The notes under the pieces were generated by a model. The model had not been told where the DNA came from. It saw only the letters and a program-made list of their open reading frames with translations, and did not search any database. From Takakia lepidozioides (lineage: Eukaryota > Plantae > Bryophyta): a stretch of DNA of 64,000 nt. The stretch spans positions 46,562,001-46,626,000 of the forward strand of contig CM060732.1 in the NCBI GenBank assembly GCA_030704615.1, given 5' to 3'. Position numbers and translations under genes: made by a program. How positions within the stretch are numbered: the first letter of the stretch is position 1; each line of letters starts with the position of its first letter. Below, one piece after another: positions 34,241 through 49,200 of the stretch.

Positions 34241-37200
34241 ATGGCGCGGGCCTCCAACAGCAACACCAAGTTTGCATCCGTAAACCTGAACAAGAGCTAT
34301 GGCAAGCCGGCAGTCACAGTGCCAGGCGGTCTGGGAGGAGGAGCTCCGTCGTCCTCTGGCCGCGCCCGGATCTCCTCGCAGGGTGGCATGCTCCTTCTTA
34401 CGCGGCCGGGCCGTCCGCAGCCTGCTGCCGCCGCCCAGAAGGGTGGCAAACTTACAGTGCCGCTCCCTGTTAATCTGCCCTCTCTTCGGAGGGAGCATGC
34501 AGGGAATGATCCTACTATCGCGCTCGTTGGTGGCACTTCAGGATGGTCGAAGACTCAGCAACAAGAGGAGTCGACGGTACCTGCTTCTGTGACTATTTCA
34601 TCAGAGTCTGCAGGTATGTTTGGTTCCATTCAAATAAAGAATGTCGCTTGAAAGCATACGACAACGGAAGTATGCACAAGCACATGATGCTGCATATAGA
34701 TGTACACGCTCAGGGACAAAATCGAGGAGCCAGAAATCTGTCGTCTTTACATCGGTTGAATTTTCCCAGCAGCCAAGACTTAAGGCATAGAGAGAAATGT
34801 AGAACGATTTAACTGTCTACCAACACGCTCATGACTGTGGTGGCTTTACAATGTGGCTTAATGGCTAGAAACTTTTCTATTGTACTTTCTTGGTTGCACA
34901 TTGGCTCCTATTGACAATTTACTCAAGGTAGATCTCCCCTACCGTTTTATTTGGGAGGATGGAGAATGCAGGGAGGAACAGAGGCGAGGGCGGCATACTT
35001 TGGAAAAGACAAAAAAGGATGTAGAAGCTTCAGGCCAATGAAACTATGGGGTTGTAGAGGAGGGCATTACCCTACCTGTTTAGACATGCCAATAGAAAGA
35101 GATCTTAATGGAGAGATATTGAGAATAACACAGGCAGAAAGAGGGTCATATCGAGAATTAATTAGAATGTACTCGAGGCGATTCAGGTGAGAGTTAATTA
35201 GAATGTACTCATAAGACGTTGTTTGCCGTAGCCTCGCGGCCATTGATGAGAGTGAGATCAGTAGAGGTGCTGAATGCAATAGGTCTGAGCGGTATGTTGA
35301 AAGGTACATCTGTGGGTTTTGAGTGCAACTCTTTAGACAGTCTGATTTGAATTTTTTCGCAGTCTCTTCACTGATCCCCCCTGAAATCCACCAGCATTGT
35401 TTATTCCAGGCATTCCAAGAGTGTCACCAGCTCTGAGTGCTGGATCCACATGGGGGACATCGGCCTCGCCACCTGGGCTTCCAAGTGCATCTGTCAACGG
35501 CGAACACTGGCCTGTGCCAATCCAAGTAGCAAGCCACAGGACAAATGAAGCAGTAGCGAACAGACCAGGTGTATACAGGCCGCCTCGTGGGCACTCCCTG
35601 CAATCCAATTCTGCCCCCCTCCCAGCAGGAGATGTGGGCCCAACAGTGGCGAAGGCTGTAGTGCTGAGAGGAGAAGACTTCCCTGCATTGCAGGCGGCCC
35701 TCCCTCTTCCTCCATCCCCTCCCCAGCAGCGGCAGAAGGAGTTACAGCAAAAGCAGAGGGAGAAACAACAAGAGCTCAAAGAACAGCAACAGCGGCTGCA
35801 GCAGCTCTCCGAGCAGCACTTGTCACCCAAGGAAGATGCCTTGCAATCCCAGTATGGAGGTTGGTGTTTATGTCCACCATTGTCTTAAAGAACTCTTCTC
35901 AGTCACATTTGGATGAGTCTGAAAATTAAGTTTGCTGGGTGAGTAGAGCACAACAGGGAAGGAAACTGTCAAGAAAGCTTAGAAGCCTGATAGGGGGAGA
36001 GATTACTGCTGTCATGTTAAGACGGTTCGATTGATCCATACAGAATGAGACACATCCAATCCTTTACAGTCTCTTTCCATGTTTTTCAGCTTACTTCTAG
36101 TGTGGGTGGGTGTGTGGGTTTCATGTAGTTTTAGTTTTAATCGCTAGAGCTAACCACATTGTTAGTCAAGCACTTGATGCGCAAGATTAGTACATCAGAA
36201 ACCTGTGCCAAAGATACCAAATATTTACTTCAAAGGTATGATATTTATCATATCATAGCCTGGAGGTTTTCAAGCTAGTATACTGCGTCATCATATTTCT
36301 ATCCTCTATTCTAAAAGGACCGAAACCCATACGCAGGTTTGGGAGAAGAAAGCCCCTTAGATGGGAGCTATTTGTAGCTTTCAAGGCAAGGGTGAGGCCT
36401 TACCTGCTTCTGTCCCACCAGGCTTCTCTCGCTTCACCTATGTTCATGTGCACCAAGAGAGACATAGGAGACTCGAGTTGAAATGACAGGTAGAACATTG
36501 CAGAGTTCGAACAAGTAGATCAATGTTTGGAAAGCAGCAAGGAAAACCTTCTAACTTATGCTGTAGGCATAAGCCTCCCACTGGAGTGTTTCTTTAGGAT
36601 GAGGCCATACCGCCAATCTTCAGTTTCATGCATCCAATGATAGAGTCTTCGTTCCTTGAGAAATGCAGACTGAGCTGTTTCTCTTCTCATCGAAACCTCT
36701 ATGGCATGGAAGGTGCAAGGATAATATCATGCTCATTTAACAGTTACCAACTCAAGCCTCTGGAAGAAATCAGGTTGGATTGTGGTGGAATCAACTACAA
36801 ACCCCAGCATTAAAAGAGGTTGCAGGTTTTACAGTAGCTCAATGTTAATCCAGAGCCCTAGTTTTGCGGGATCTCTATCATGGGTGATTCGAAACCCGAA
36901 AAATCCCAGTTATACTGGACAGTTAATAGAGAGGACAGAAATAGGGAATAGGCACGTGAGGGGCTCACTCCAGTAGTGTGACTTACCTCGATATAAACAA
37001 TTAGTTTGGCTTTCCAGATAGCCCTTCACACACGCACATCAATCTGCTGTGTGTGAGCGGTCCAAAAGTGAGACCCCAACAGGCCAGGGCTTTAGGCTCA
37101 GCCTCTAGATTTTGAAAGTTGGTATGAACAGAGGTGCTGGAACCATGTTCCTGAAGCTCTGGTGAGAGATACTTGGGACAATGAATCTGAAAATGGATAT

Positions 37201-40200
37201 TTCTTAAGGTTATTCGCACATGGCGCAATTACAATCTCCTTTTCCTCTCTTTATAGTTTGTTGTTCAAAGGTAGGCTGCCCGCCCTGAGTTTAAATGTAA
37301 GTTCAGTAGAGAGAGTGACGAGAAGCTTCAAGAGCTTATGGGACAAAGAAAGAAAGAAGTTTGACCCGACCAAGAAAGCTATTCCATTGTCAGAGGGACT
37401 CATCTATGTAAGCTTCTCCTCATAGTTGCAAACTACAGTCAATAATCTAAGACTTTGAATAGTCAAAAGCTTATTGCCCTCAAATTTCATAATAGGGGGA
37501 GACCGACAATGTTGTCCTATCTCAATCCATGGCCTTCTCCTCTGCATGCAATTAGTACAAAGTGTCTCCAATTGGGGCAGGTTCTTCTACCCATCTTAAA
37601 TCCACCTCTCTAGTTACAGGGCCCTTATAAGACATGGAGACAGTTGACGGAGAGAAATGATCGCTGGTATTAGTGACAGTTATTTGGGGGTCAGCTTTCT
37701 CTGTTAAACTGTTCGAGATTGCCATCTTTTGGTTTATCCAATGACCTATTGCTCTGTGCATGCATTGGGATAGGGCCTTTTGCAGAGCCCTAAGCCCTGG
37801 TTGAAATTTCAGACAACTGGTTTCTCTTTAGCTGTTTAATTGGTCATATGTGACTTGCAATCTGAGCTGGCGCAGGTCCCCAACTTCAGCCGGCACATCC
37901 AGTGATCTTGCAAACAAAGATTGAAGATCCAACGAAGATTGAGGATCCAACGGTCTTTGAGGAGGGTTCAGTGCGGCATGAGCACCGAGGCTCCACACTG
38001 ATTCAACCAGATACAAAGCCTGACAGATACTCGTTTGGGCCTCCCTCCCCCACAAATCGGATACGCCGGCACTCAAATTGGACAGATGATGAAAGAGACC
38101 CTGCCCCCAGCTTTCGTCCTCAGGGATTAGGGTCCTACCCTGACTGGTCGGACCGTTCAGAAAGTGACCCAGAATTGCGCCGTGCTCCTCGGGGGAGTGA
38201 TGAATTTTACAGCAGCCGGCCCCCCTTCCACAGGGTATCGCAGCCCTCTCTTGTGGCAGGGCGAGATCCGAGTCTCAGCAGGGAGGGCGATGGGAGGGGC
38301 AGTGGGTTTGGTGTTGATAGTGCCTTGACCAGAAAAGCTGTGAACATCGGTAGTTTCGGCCGTGAGGGCGGACTTGGTAGGGAGGACAGCAGCGGCAGAG
38401 AGGATGGGTTCAATTGGGAAGGGGTATCCAGCCAAGACCGGGGGGTTTATGGGAAGGAAGGCAACTCCAATAGGGATGCCGGATATGCAGGTTGGGGGGG
38501 TTTCAGCCGGCAAGCAGGCCGCGATTTTGGGGCTGGCAGGGAGAGTGGGTATGAAAGAGATGGATGGTATGGCCGGCCAACGAGCGGTGGAAGGGGTAGA
38601 TTGCAAGAGAGGCAAGGTTCTTTGAACAGAGACCCCGCATTTGGCAGGGAGGGTGGTTTCCAAGAAGGGGGATTCAATAAGGATACTGGTTTTGGTCGGG
38701 ATAGTGGCTTCAACAGGGATGGTTTCCTTGGGAGAGAGAACAGGCAGCCACAAGTGGGTGATCACGATGGGGGTCGTGGTAGATTTGGAGACCGGTTTAC
38801 AAGAACACGGTTTGAAGGGTCAGACTTTAAGCCTGGTGGTTTTGACTCCGGCGTGGACTTCCGCAGGGAAAGGCGTGGCTATGGCAGTCACCACGAAGAT
38901 CCACTGATGAGGGATTTGGTTGAGATTCCTGGCTTAGACAATTTTCGACCTGCAATAGGCGTGGGCATTGAGCCTCCCTTGACCCCTTTTTTGGGTTTGG
39001 AAACCAAAGCTTTCCGCAGGAAGAAAGATGAGGTGAAGGATAGCGATTTTCGAGATCCAGAGAGAGAGTCATTTGAGGCTGAACTTGAGAGAGTCCAGAA
39101 AGCTCAGGAGCTTGACCGGCAGAGGAAGATTGAAGAGAAAGAGCGGGCAGTGGAAAAGGCACAGAAAGAAGTCGAGGAGCGCGAGAAGCTAGCCAAAGAG
39201 GAAGAAGAGAGACAGGTATGTAATTTTTGCTGTACCTAGTGAATGGGAGGGGAGGGTGGTAGGGAGTGGTGTGGAGGTTGATAAGTTGCAGGAGGGTGAG
39301 GGCACAGGTGTTGTATTGCTTGATTTTTCATCCACTTACTGGTGATAACATGGTTTGACAGTCAAGCCTGGTCCCTACTCATTCTTAAACATTCTATTGC
39401 TGGGCGAGGTTCATGAGGTTGTACAACTGGCCATGTAGTTCCAACCTTGGCTGGCCAAAGCATGTTCTATGTGGCACACTGCAGTGGGAAGTTCGTCTCA
39501 AAGGAATCCGGAACTGATTAACTCAGAATGGCTGCTGGGGACCTTGCAGTGTCAGATTCTGATGATTGATGTGGAGAATTTATGTTTTCAATTCTCCTCA
39601 TTGGTTTGTGAACATATCGACCGTCTATAGTAACCCAATGGAAGATTGAGTTGAAGGATTTACTAGGTCCTTTCTCCTAAAACGATATGCAGTGGTGCAC
39701 ATAGTTGGAAGCCCTATAAAGTGGCGACAAGCAGCGGTAGCCAGTTTATTGCGTCACCACTTGTCCTCTTTGTGTCGAATTCGACTCATGTGTCGATGCT
39801 GGATGTTTTGTGGATGCACAACTGAGTGGCACCATGTCCAGTAGGTCTCTTACTACAGGCCTCACATACTGAAATTCAGGATGCCCCTGGTTTTGTGGTA
39901 TCAGAGCTAAGTTTGTGTCCTCATTTGGTAGTACATAATCTGCAGTTCTATGGTAGCACTCTTCAGTCCCAAATACCGAAGTTGTAAACCGTTGCATTAT
40001 GTTTGTCAAAGCAAACCCTACAGGCAAAGCTGGAGGAGGAAGCCATGGAGGCAGTTGCAAGAGCAGAGCGGGAGACGTTAGAGGCAGTCCAGAAAGTAGA
40101 GGATGAAAGGAAGGCACGGGAGGATGAGAAACGGCAAATGCTTGTAGCGGAAGAAAGACGGATAGAGAATGCGCGGCTCAAGTTGCTGGAGCTCGAGGAG

Positions 40201-43200
40201 CGAATTGCAAAACGTGAGGCAGAGAAGAAGAGAGAGGAGGATGCCAGGTATCTTTCCTTCCATACTTGGTGCAGTAATGTTTGAATCTCTGGTGGAGTCT
40301 TGAAACCCCAACAATGTGAGACAGATAGTTGGAGCTTTTTAACTGTCAGCAAGTGTTTCTTCCGGTATTGAGGTGCCGGCTGGAGTTTTGTCAAGCCCAA
40401 CTGCATTGCAGTCGAATACAGTCAGTCCCTTGAAAGGCTAACTTTTCCAGGTATCTATTTGATTGGTTGTGTCGTTGTCGAATCTGATCTCTTCAGTTTT
40501 ACCACCAGGGTCCAGGACGAGGTGAGAGTAAGGTCAGCACAATCGGCAAAGGAGGAAGAATCACAACACTGGGATGACCTAGACAGGGAGAAAGTGGAGA
40601 GGGAAGACGAAGAGAGGCTGGTTGTCAGCATCACAGGTGCTGACCAAGAAGATGATGACCGCGCACCATTGTGGTCTTCATGCTCAGCAACCCCCCGGCC
40701 ACTGTCACAAGGGTCAGTGGCAGACGAATTTGCTTCCCGTGGCAAGTCTCAAGAAGTTCGCCCCAGCCCCCTGGACCCAGGTGCCCGGTTACCCAAATAC
40801 CGAGGGGGGAACACTATGTTTGAGTCTGACCGCAACCGGCCCTTTCTCCCCTGGAGGAGGGTCGACAATGGAAATGGACCTGCACTTTCCTCCCAATTTT
40901 TTTCTTCTTACGGACGTGATGAAAGTGGCGAATTCCAGGCTTCGATGCTGCGTGATCGGGTCCATAACGCACAAGGTTTTTGCGACAGGGGGGAGAGCCT
41001 CTACAGCGGGGGAGCTAATGGTGTTGGCTTCCCCTTAGAAGGGGAGGCAGGGGAGTTTTCAAGAAAAGATCGTGTTTCCCACTACGCCGAGCGGCGGTGG
41101 GCAGGGGAGGAGCCAGGGCTGCCCAACAAGTATCCAGCCTATTTTCGTGCAAACACTCCCGATGTTGATGGCAGTTTTTTAGATAATTCTGGGGAACGGG
41201 AGGGGGATCGCCGATGGGCCAGAGATAGGGATCGCTGGAGGGGAAGAGAGGCACTTGTGTCTCCGCCACAGACTCCTCCTTATTTTCAAGGTTCGGATGT
41301 TGTGGAGCCTTCTCCTTATGGGCGATTCAGGCACTCCTTGCCCAAGCAACCACGGCCTCCGCCTCCCCCTGTGCGCAACACTCAACATCGGCCACCAGCA
41401 AAAGTCGTCGATGAGTCAATCCCCACATCACCTTCACCTTCTTTTCAGTCACAGGATCGCAATGTTAGAAATATGCCTCGGCAGGGATGGATGGCCACGG
41501 AGAAACAATCTAGACACTTAGAGGAGAAAGTTTCAAAGGTGGAGCACGCTGAACTCCCTAAAGCTAGCAAGCATGTGGAGGTTTCACAGGATGGCGCAGA
41601 AGTACAACGAGTGAGGGCTTGGGGACCACCTCAGAGGGAGGGTCACGAATCGCATTCATCTCTCCGACAACAGCATTCAGTTGCTGAAGTGTTGCAGGTG
41701 CCATCACCTGAGGTATTGGCCCCTGAGGAACCTCAGTCACAAGAAAGGGACGATCTGTCGTCACTGGCAGAGCAGGAGCAGTCTGAAAGACCAGATGAGG
41801 GGAGAGAGCCGGCCACATCCATGGCTATGGTGGATATTGATAAAGAGGGCATTGAAGGAGAGGGAGAGGATCACGGGTACAAAGATGAGGTTGAAGAGCG
41901 ACAAACTGATGTAAGTGACAATGACTTCGAAACCTGCAAATTCAACCACACTCTTCTTGATGTTGTTGGTTACCAAGATATTGTTTTTCATTGTTCTCAT
42001 TGCGAGGGAGTTCAAGGTTCTAGAGTTGAAAACAAGTCAGGCTTGTGAAGGTTTAAGCAAGGCTGATAAAAGAAGTGTGGAAGCTGGTGTCTGACCTATC
42101 TGGCTTTTGGGCAACAATGGTTTCTCTTGGTTCCTAGTTTGGACGGAGAGGTTGCTAATATGTGGGCTTTGAAATGGGGTAAAGGAGGGAGAGGATGATG
42201 GCATCCAAGAAGGGGATGAGGAGGGATATGAAGGCTATGACGAAGAAGAAGAAGACGATGACGAGGACATCGAAGATGGTACGAAGAAATTTTCCATCTT
42301 TGCCTTTCTGATCAGTTGTTAGATGGGTTTACAACTTGGACAGCTTCTTCTCTTTCTCTGTTAGTTGGTTACCTTTCTAATGCGAGTCTGGAGATTACTC
42401 TACACTTAATTGATAGGTTGACTCTAATCTCAATTGTCGCACGGTATGTGAACATATTTGAGACAGATTCCGAGTTGCGTGGTCTGTGTGTGGGGAAGGC
42501 CACCCTGTGTGCTTTTATATTGTTTCCTGTACATCTTTGATACTTTTCTAACTATATCACTGATGACTGCTGTCTGCATTAGATGATCCAGACAAAAGTG
42601 CATTTAGGGAGCTCGTCCAGCAAGACATGACAGAATTATCAGAGGGTGTTTCAAAGGAGGGAGAATATTGCCAAGAGGTTGAGGGCTTAAATGGAAGGAG
42701 TGTGGAGGTTGGGGCTGGGGCTAAAGTGGACAACTTAAAGGACCTGGAAAGTGTGAATGAGAAACCATCAGGCACTGAGCTCCATGAATGGCCGCCACAG
42801 AAGTTGCAGGTATGCTCTTTTCTTCTGTACTTAGTTGCAGCAAAATTTTATGTGGGAGGTCTCCTCCGTGCTGCAGTGGCTCGTTGTCATTGTTTGGAGA
42901 ATGGAAATTATGAAACCATTATCATTTCTTCTGGCGTCTTTAGTGAAATGTTCATGGAGTATCTGGACCATTCAGCGGTCAAGGATGAGTTTGGAAAAAT
43001 TTGTTCAAGGCGCTTGACACATCCACATTCTAGAGTCCATTGATTATGCTCACACATGTGCCTGCTGCAGAAAAGTGGACTATAAAGTTGGCTCTCCACC
43101 AAGTAAATGTGTAGCGTATTCTAGCAGGTGTTGGCACTGATTGCTTGTGATGCCACAATGCCATTGCAGATACATAACCCACAGAACGAAGAGAGGATTG

Positions 43201-46200
43201 GTGCACAGGTGCAGTTGCTACAGGAGGCCAGCCAAGTGCAACCATTCTTGCCACAAGTCTCCGAGTCGTCTTCAATGCCCACTGATTTTACCGGGAAATG
43301 TGCGAACCATGAATCTCCTACTGTACCACAGATGCAGCAACCCCTCTCCTTGGCTGTGTCCGATCCGCAATCAAATATAATGCCGGCCACATCCTTGCAG
43401 CCACCACAGCTGATGGCTTTGCTGCCTGGCTTCCAAACACCAGCTGAGATTCCGGCGACATTACAGTTTGGGCTTCAACCAGGGAAGTCACTCCTGCCTG
43501 CATTATTGCCTGCCATTCAGATTGGATCAATTGAAATGCCCTTACATGTGCACCCTCAGGTTGGCCTGCAGCATGTCACACATTTGCAGTCTTCTCAGCT
43601 CCCTCTTTTCCAGTTTGGGCAGCTTGGACTGCAGATGCCTCTCCCTGAATCTCACCCATCTTGCAATCAGCATTTGGAGACAGCTCAAGTGCCAGGGCAA
43701 ACCTGGCAGGCTGAGGTTCTGCCTGTGTTCCAACAACAACACAGCCAGAATCCTACACAGCAATTGCAATTTCAGTCGTCCTCCATGCAAGAGGAGCAGC
43801 CAGGTAGACCTTTCTTACAACAAAGAGATGATCTGCTCTCAGTGCCAGAGTCTCCTTGGATGAACCAATGCACGTTTGCAGACGGAAAAGCAGTTGAAGT
43901 TGACCCTAGGGAGAACAGGTTTGGTGCCATGAAGCTCGGGCCTCGTCCTGAAAGAAGAGGGCGCAGTGGCCTGCGTGATGGCCTGAACACTGGGGTCGGC
44001 CACTCAAATTTTCCTTATGTCAAGACAGCACGTAGAGAGACAGCCACTTTTCGCTCAGGCGTTGTTGGTGCAGAGGTACAGACCAATGGCATGCCACTCG
44101 CTGACAACAATGTCATGTGGCCCATAACAGGGTCCTCGGCAGATGTGACAGTTGCAGAGTCGGCCCAAGCTGAGAGTCAATGGCAGCTGCCGCTTGCAGG
44201 AAGAGGCAGAGGGAATGGGGCACGTGGAGGAAGCATGCTTGGACGGGGACGGATGAAGGGTGGAACTGTGCAGGGAACCAGGGTTGTCTCTCAAAGCTCC
44301 ATCGAGGGAGGTGCCTCCACGGGTTCCTTCACACCTGATGGAGGAACTGATGGATTGACAGTGCGCACCCGACCCAGCCGCCGTAACAACTTCCGGCGCC
44401 CTGATTATAAATGCAGAGACTTTCTGGTGTCGCTGGAGACAGTGTCAGTTGATTCCCTGGTGGCTGGTATACCCCCTAACTCTAGAGTAAAGGACACCAC
44501 AAATGTGCCGGTTTCAGCAGATGCCTCAGTCCACACCACCCACATGGTTGATGGCCAGGTCACTGGAAGGCACCCTGAGGCACCCATGCAGGAGAAAAGA
44601 AACTCAAGAGAATCAAGTCAAAGCCCACGATTGGTGTTCGAGGGTCACTCTCCTCAGCACAGCAGCCCAAGGCCTGAAGGGAACAGCAGAATTGAAACTT
44701 TCCAGAAACGGGGGTCTGGCAAGTCTGCGGGTGCCACTCGTCCAGGAGAGGGAGTACTGGGGAGGTACTCATCAGAATCAGCCCCAGACGCACCCTTACA
44801 GAGCGGGGTAGTCCTTGTGTTTGAGCAGCCAGGGATTGAAGCTCCCAGTGATGAAGATGACTTCATCGAGGTCAGGTCCAAGCGCCAGATGCTGAATGAT
44901 CGCCGCGAACAGAGAGAGAAGGCGATCAAAGCCAAATCAAAGGACTTGAAGGTAAGTAGTGTGGGCAGTGGAACTTTTAGTTTAGTGTTAGGAGTGAGCG
45001 TAAGAGTTGGCGCAGTTCTGTGTCACCATCTGAGTCTTTCCGGTTAGTGAGTGTAAGTCTATTTAGGCAACTCCAACCTGTTTCGTGTAGCTACGACCTG
45101 TGCTACTTTGTCAGCACAGTATTTGGCTCTTATTCTATATTTCAGTGACAAAGGTAGTTTCTGTCCCTTTGTGTCAATGGCCACAAGGCTACGGCAAACA
45201 ACGTCTTATGAGTACATTCTGTCCCTTTGTACTCCCCTCAAACTGGATGCGGGGTCAAGGGCCACGGCTACGGCAAACAACGTCTTATGAGTACGTTCTT
45301 AGTATACATTTCAGTGTGAACGGTGCTTAAGTGTTTGGGCTGATGTTTATATCTTTCTAAATGTTCTGTGCCCTAGGTTATTTAACTCCTGATTGCGTCT
45401 ATTTTTGAAGTCGTAGAAGACTAAGTTGGGGACTTTTTGCCTTGGAAAGGCAAAGGAGCAGGCTGCCCGTAAACAGAGAGGTGGCGGAAAGCTTGGGTTC
45501 CAAGGGGAGGGAGCGGCGGGTATTGGCAGCAAATCGAGTGGGGCTCTAGAGCGACGCCCCTCTAGTGTGAGCACCGATACTGTGAATAATAATTCACGGC
45601 TTGGGCTGCCAGGGACTCCTCCTGGGACAGGTCCACTGGCTTCCTTCTTGCCTGGGATTTCCCAAGCAGTGCCTCTTGCTCCTATTGGGACTCCGGCAGG
45701 TGGTGGAGCTGACCAAGTGTTTGACAAGCGGGCAAAGGTTTCAAAGTGAGTACTGAACACTTTCCAATTCCTTGCGAGCACACTTATCATGTTTCCTTGT
45801 GACCTTTCTCGACATGAGGTATTATCGATTCTGTTGGACCATTTCTTCACACAAGCTGCTTGGTGCTGGGGTCTGTGGGGCCTTGATCGTCACAACTCTT
45901 TTTTCACATACTCTTCTTGTCGTGGGCCCAGTTCAAAGCCGAGTGATTCCAATGGTCATGAGCCTTTTCAGATGATGGTCATATAAGTGTGCACCCATCG
46001 TAACCCATTCATGGTTTGTAATTTTTGCTTGCTGGTCCTCCTGTTGATCTTATGAATCACTTCATTTCCATCTTACTAATCCTCTTTCTGCTTCACACAT
46101 TCTGAGTGCCCCTCGTTTGTGACAAAATCTCTGGCTAGCTCTCATCCATCAGCCAAGTAAAGCAGAAGGGGTGACATGCTGCTGGTCTACGTCCTGAATT

Positions 46201-49200
46201 CTTGGATTTATGACTGTTTATAGCAGCTTCTTGGACTGAGTACAAGTATTTCTCGATCTACGGTTCTGATGCTTTCTTGTGTGTAAATAGATCTTCTCGA
46301 CCCAATTCTGCATCAGGCGGGAGCTTGGGTGACAGGGAAATGGGGAGTTTGTCGGGCCCATTGGAAAGCCAAAGTCTTCCCCAGGACGGTGTTTCTGGCA
46401 CTTCGCTTGCCTGGGGTGGGAGTCGCTCTACTCATCAGGTAAATTTCTGACAACACATCTTGTGAAACCGTGTTGGACCCCCTGGAAGAATGAATGTGGA
46501 GACTCGTATTGGAGGTGGAGGCTCTAGCCTTTACTTTTGGGAGGCAAGATGAAAACTCCAGCCCTGAACCAGTCTATACAAGGCGTCATCAGAACGAACT
46601 GAATCAGCACATAGTAGAAGTAGATGAACAGAATGTATCGAGCCTGTGTAATCCATCGTTACGGGTCAGCTCTGTACAGGATGTTACATCTCTAATTTTC
46701 CCTTCCTCTCTCACCTTGTTCATGGGGTAACCATTCTTGCATGTAGGCCAATGAGCTCCGCACATTAGGACAATGCTATTGGCCTTATCAACTCATATTT
46801 GTCCTGGGTTGCATGGAGTTCAAATGAAAGGACTGAAGTACAAGGGCTAGCCACAGACCAATGAAGCAAGCCAAAGTTTGTTGTTTGCAGGTGGTAAGCT
46901 TGACCCAGATTCAGCTGGAAGAGGCCATGAAGCCTGTACGATATGATGCCCCAGTGCCACAGCAGCTTCCTCTTGGAGAGCGTGGCAGCATGGTGTTGGA
47001 CCCTGGGATGTCTGTAGCCTCTATGGCTGGGAAGGAGAAGATGTCTTCCTCGGGATCAGGACCGATTTGCTCGCTACTGGTTGGAGACAAGATTCAGTTT
47101 GGTGAGTTTATCTTCCCAGGAGAGAATTTCTGAGCTGGGCATGTTGTGTCCGTACGCAGTCATTGTGGTATGAGACTGAGATAGAAGTAGAAGGTTGGGG
47201 CTGAGGCTAGCTCATGTGTCTGAGTAATGCGGTTTTGCAGGAGCCGTGACATCACCACCTCTGGCCATGTGCAACAGCCGTCCTCATACGCCTGCACTCC
47301 TTACCATAGTAGGCTCATCCCTGGGGTCGCGTGGAGATGCAGCCATCATCGACAGTGATCTGAAGAAATCAAGGCACTTATCTGGACCTGAATCTGACGT
47401 GCCAGCCTTCACAACAAAAGGTAACTTTGGGTTTGTGTGTTACAATAACAAGACATGAAGAGTGACATTCTTTATATGATTTTGAATGGAGTTTCATGCT
47501 ACAGCAAGCTGATTTGAGTTTGTACGGCAGGCAAGCGAACACATGGGGAAGCAGACATTGGTGGGGACACAGAACTGGATACGGAGGCAGAAGCCGAAGC
47601 CGCAGCGTCAGCCGTGGCCGTGGCTGCCATCAGCAGCGATGAATCCGTGGGTAGCACGCATCATGTTGAGACCTCCATCCGAAAGTCTACCTCGTCCATA
47701 AAGAATTCCTTTGCAAGTATTGCATCCTCCCGAAGCCATAAAAGTAAGTGCATGTAAAATTGGTACCACTAATAAATAGACATTCTGTAACTCCTCAAGG
47801 ATGTGGTGCCTCGTTCACCCTTTATGCTGTTAGGATTCCTTATTGTTACCATTGTTTCACCTATTCCATATGTTTGTAATTGGCTTGGGGTTCTTATCTG
47901 CATGTGTTCAACTGGAGCACATCTGTCAGGCATTTCTATGTTCTTTGGCACAACTATTTACACAGGCTCAAGTTGTGAAGTGATATGTTCGTTTATCAGA
48001 ATGATCTGGGTCACAGAAGTCAAGGTTTGGGTTCTTTTGTTGGTTTCTGAACACTCCCATCTCCTTTGTTCACCAGATAGTGGTGTGGCGATGCCCAATG
48101 CAAGACCACTGTTGATCCAAGCTCCCATGCTTGAAGATTTCATGGCAGTATCACTTCCTGCCGATCTCTCTGTTGAGCCTACCTCAATGTCACTACGCGA
48201 ATCATCATCTGCAGGTCAGGGATCTCCAGGCCTTCTTTTAGGTGGTGGTGGTGGTGGTTCTTCACCTTTCTCAAGCTTAGAGACGAGCCAAATGCTGGGT
48301 GGCCAATTATTTGGATTCACTCCCAGCAAGGAGGGTTCTTCAGGTCCTCCTGGTGCTCCAGAACAGGGGGCAACAAATGTTGGGCCCAGTGCGGGAGGGT
48401 GGCCACAACCACCGCAGTCAAGTGGTGATTCATTCTATGGAGGACCTCCTCCCTCAGGGTACGGTGGCCAGTTCATGAGCCCTGGTGGGGGAATCCCTGG
48501 TCTTCAAGCCCCACCCCATTTTCTGCTCTACGGTTCATTTGCTAATGCGAGTCAATTTGGCCAATTAGGGTACATGGGGTCCACATACCATCCATCTGGC
48601 AAGCAGCCTGATTGGAAGCACACTCCTGTATCATCCTCAGGTCCAAATGTTGTTGGCATGAGTGGCAGCGACAGCTTAGGTGGCTTGATGACGGGTCAAC
48701 GGGGTCCAGGCAATATCCAGCGCATGGCACCTGGACCATCTATCATGCCAGTTGCGCCACCTCCAGGACCTTTTGATCTGAACTTGTCAGCACCATTTCA
48801 AGTGAGTTCATCCTACTTGTCCTTAGCAACTGGGATCAACAGCCTTGCACAATGGGGCGTTATTGCGGACATGAGGTCACAATGGAACAGTATAGTGAAG
48901 TTGTTTTCAAAAGTTGAAGCTCTGTTGGATTTGCAGATGTATGAGCAGGGAATGAAGAATGACAATATTGTATGCTTTGTTCCAGATTCCAAATGTGGAT
49001 TCTTCTATGCAGTCTCAGTGGTCACATGCCCCACCTCCCTTGCACAGTGTACCCATATCAGGGCCCCATATGGGTTTTTCCATGCAGCAGTCTAGATGGA
49101 TTCCACACAACCTGGGGGCCCACCTACCTCATATGATAGAGAATCCCGGGGGATTCAATTTAGTCCCCAATCCAACAAATCCGGCCAGCACGGGTGGGTT

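Noticed and set aside
38157-38765. Long antisense ORFs overlapping exons of the large gene (also 33950-34498 and 35333-35830)
   Set aside because: These are shadow ORFs of GC-rich coding exons with no recognisable motifs.
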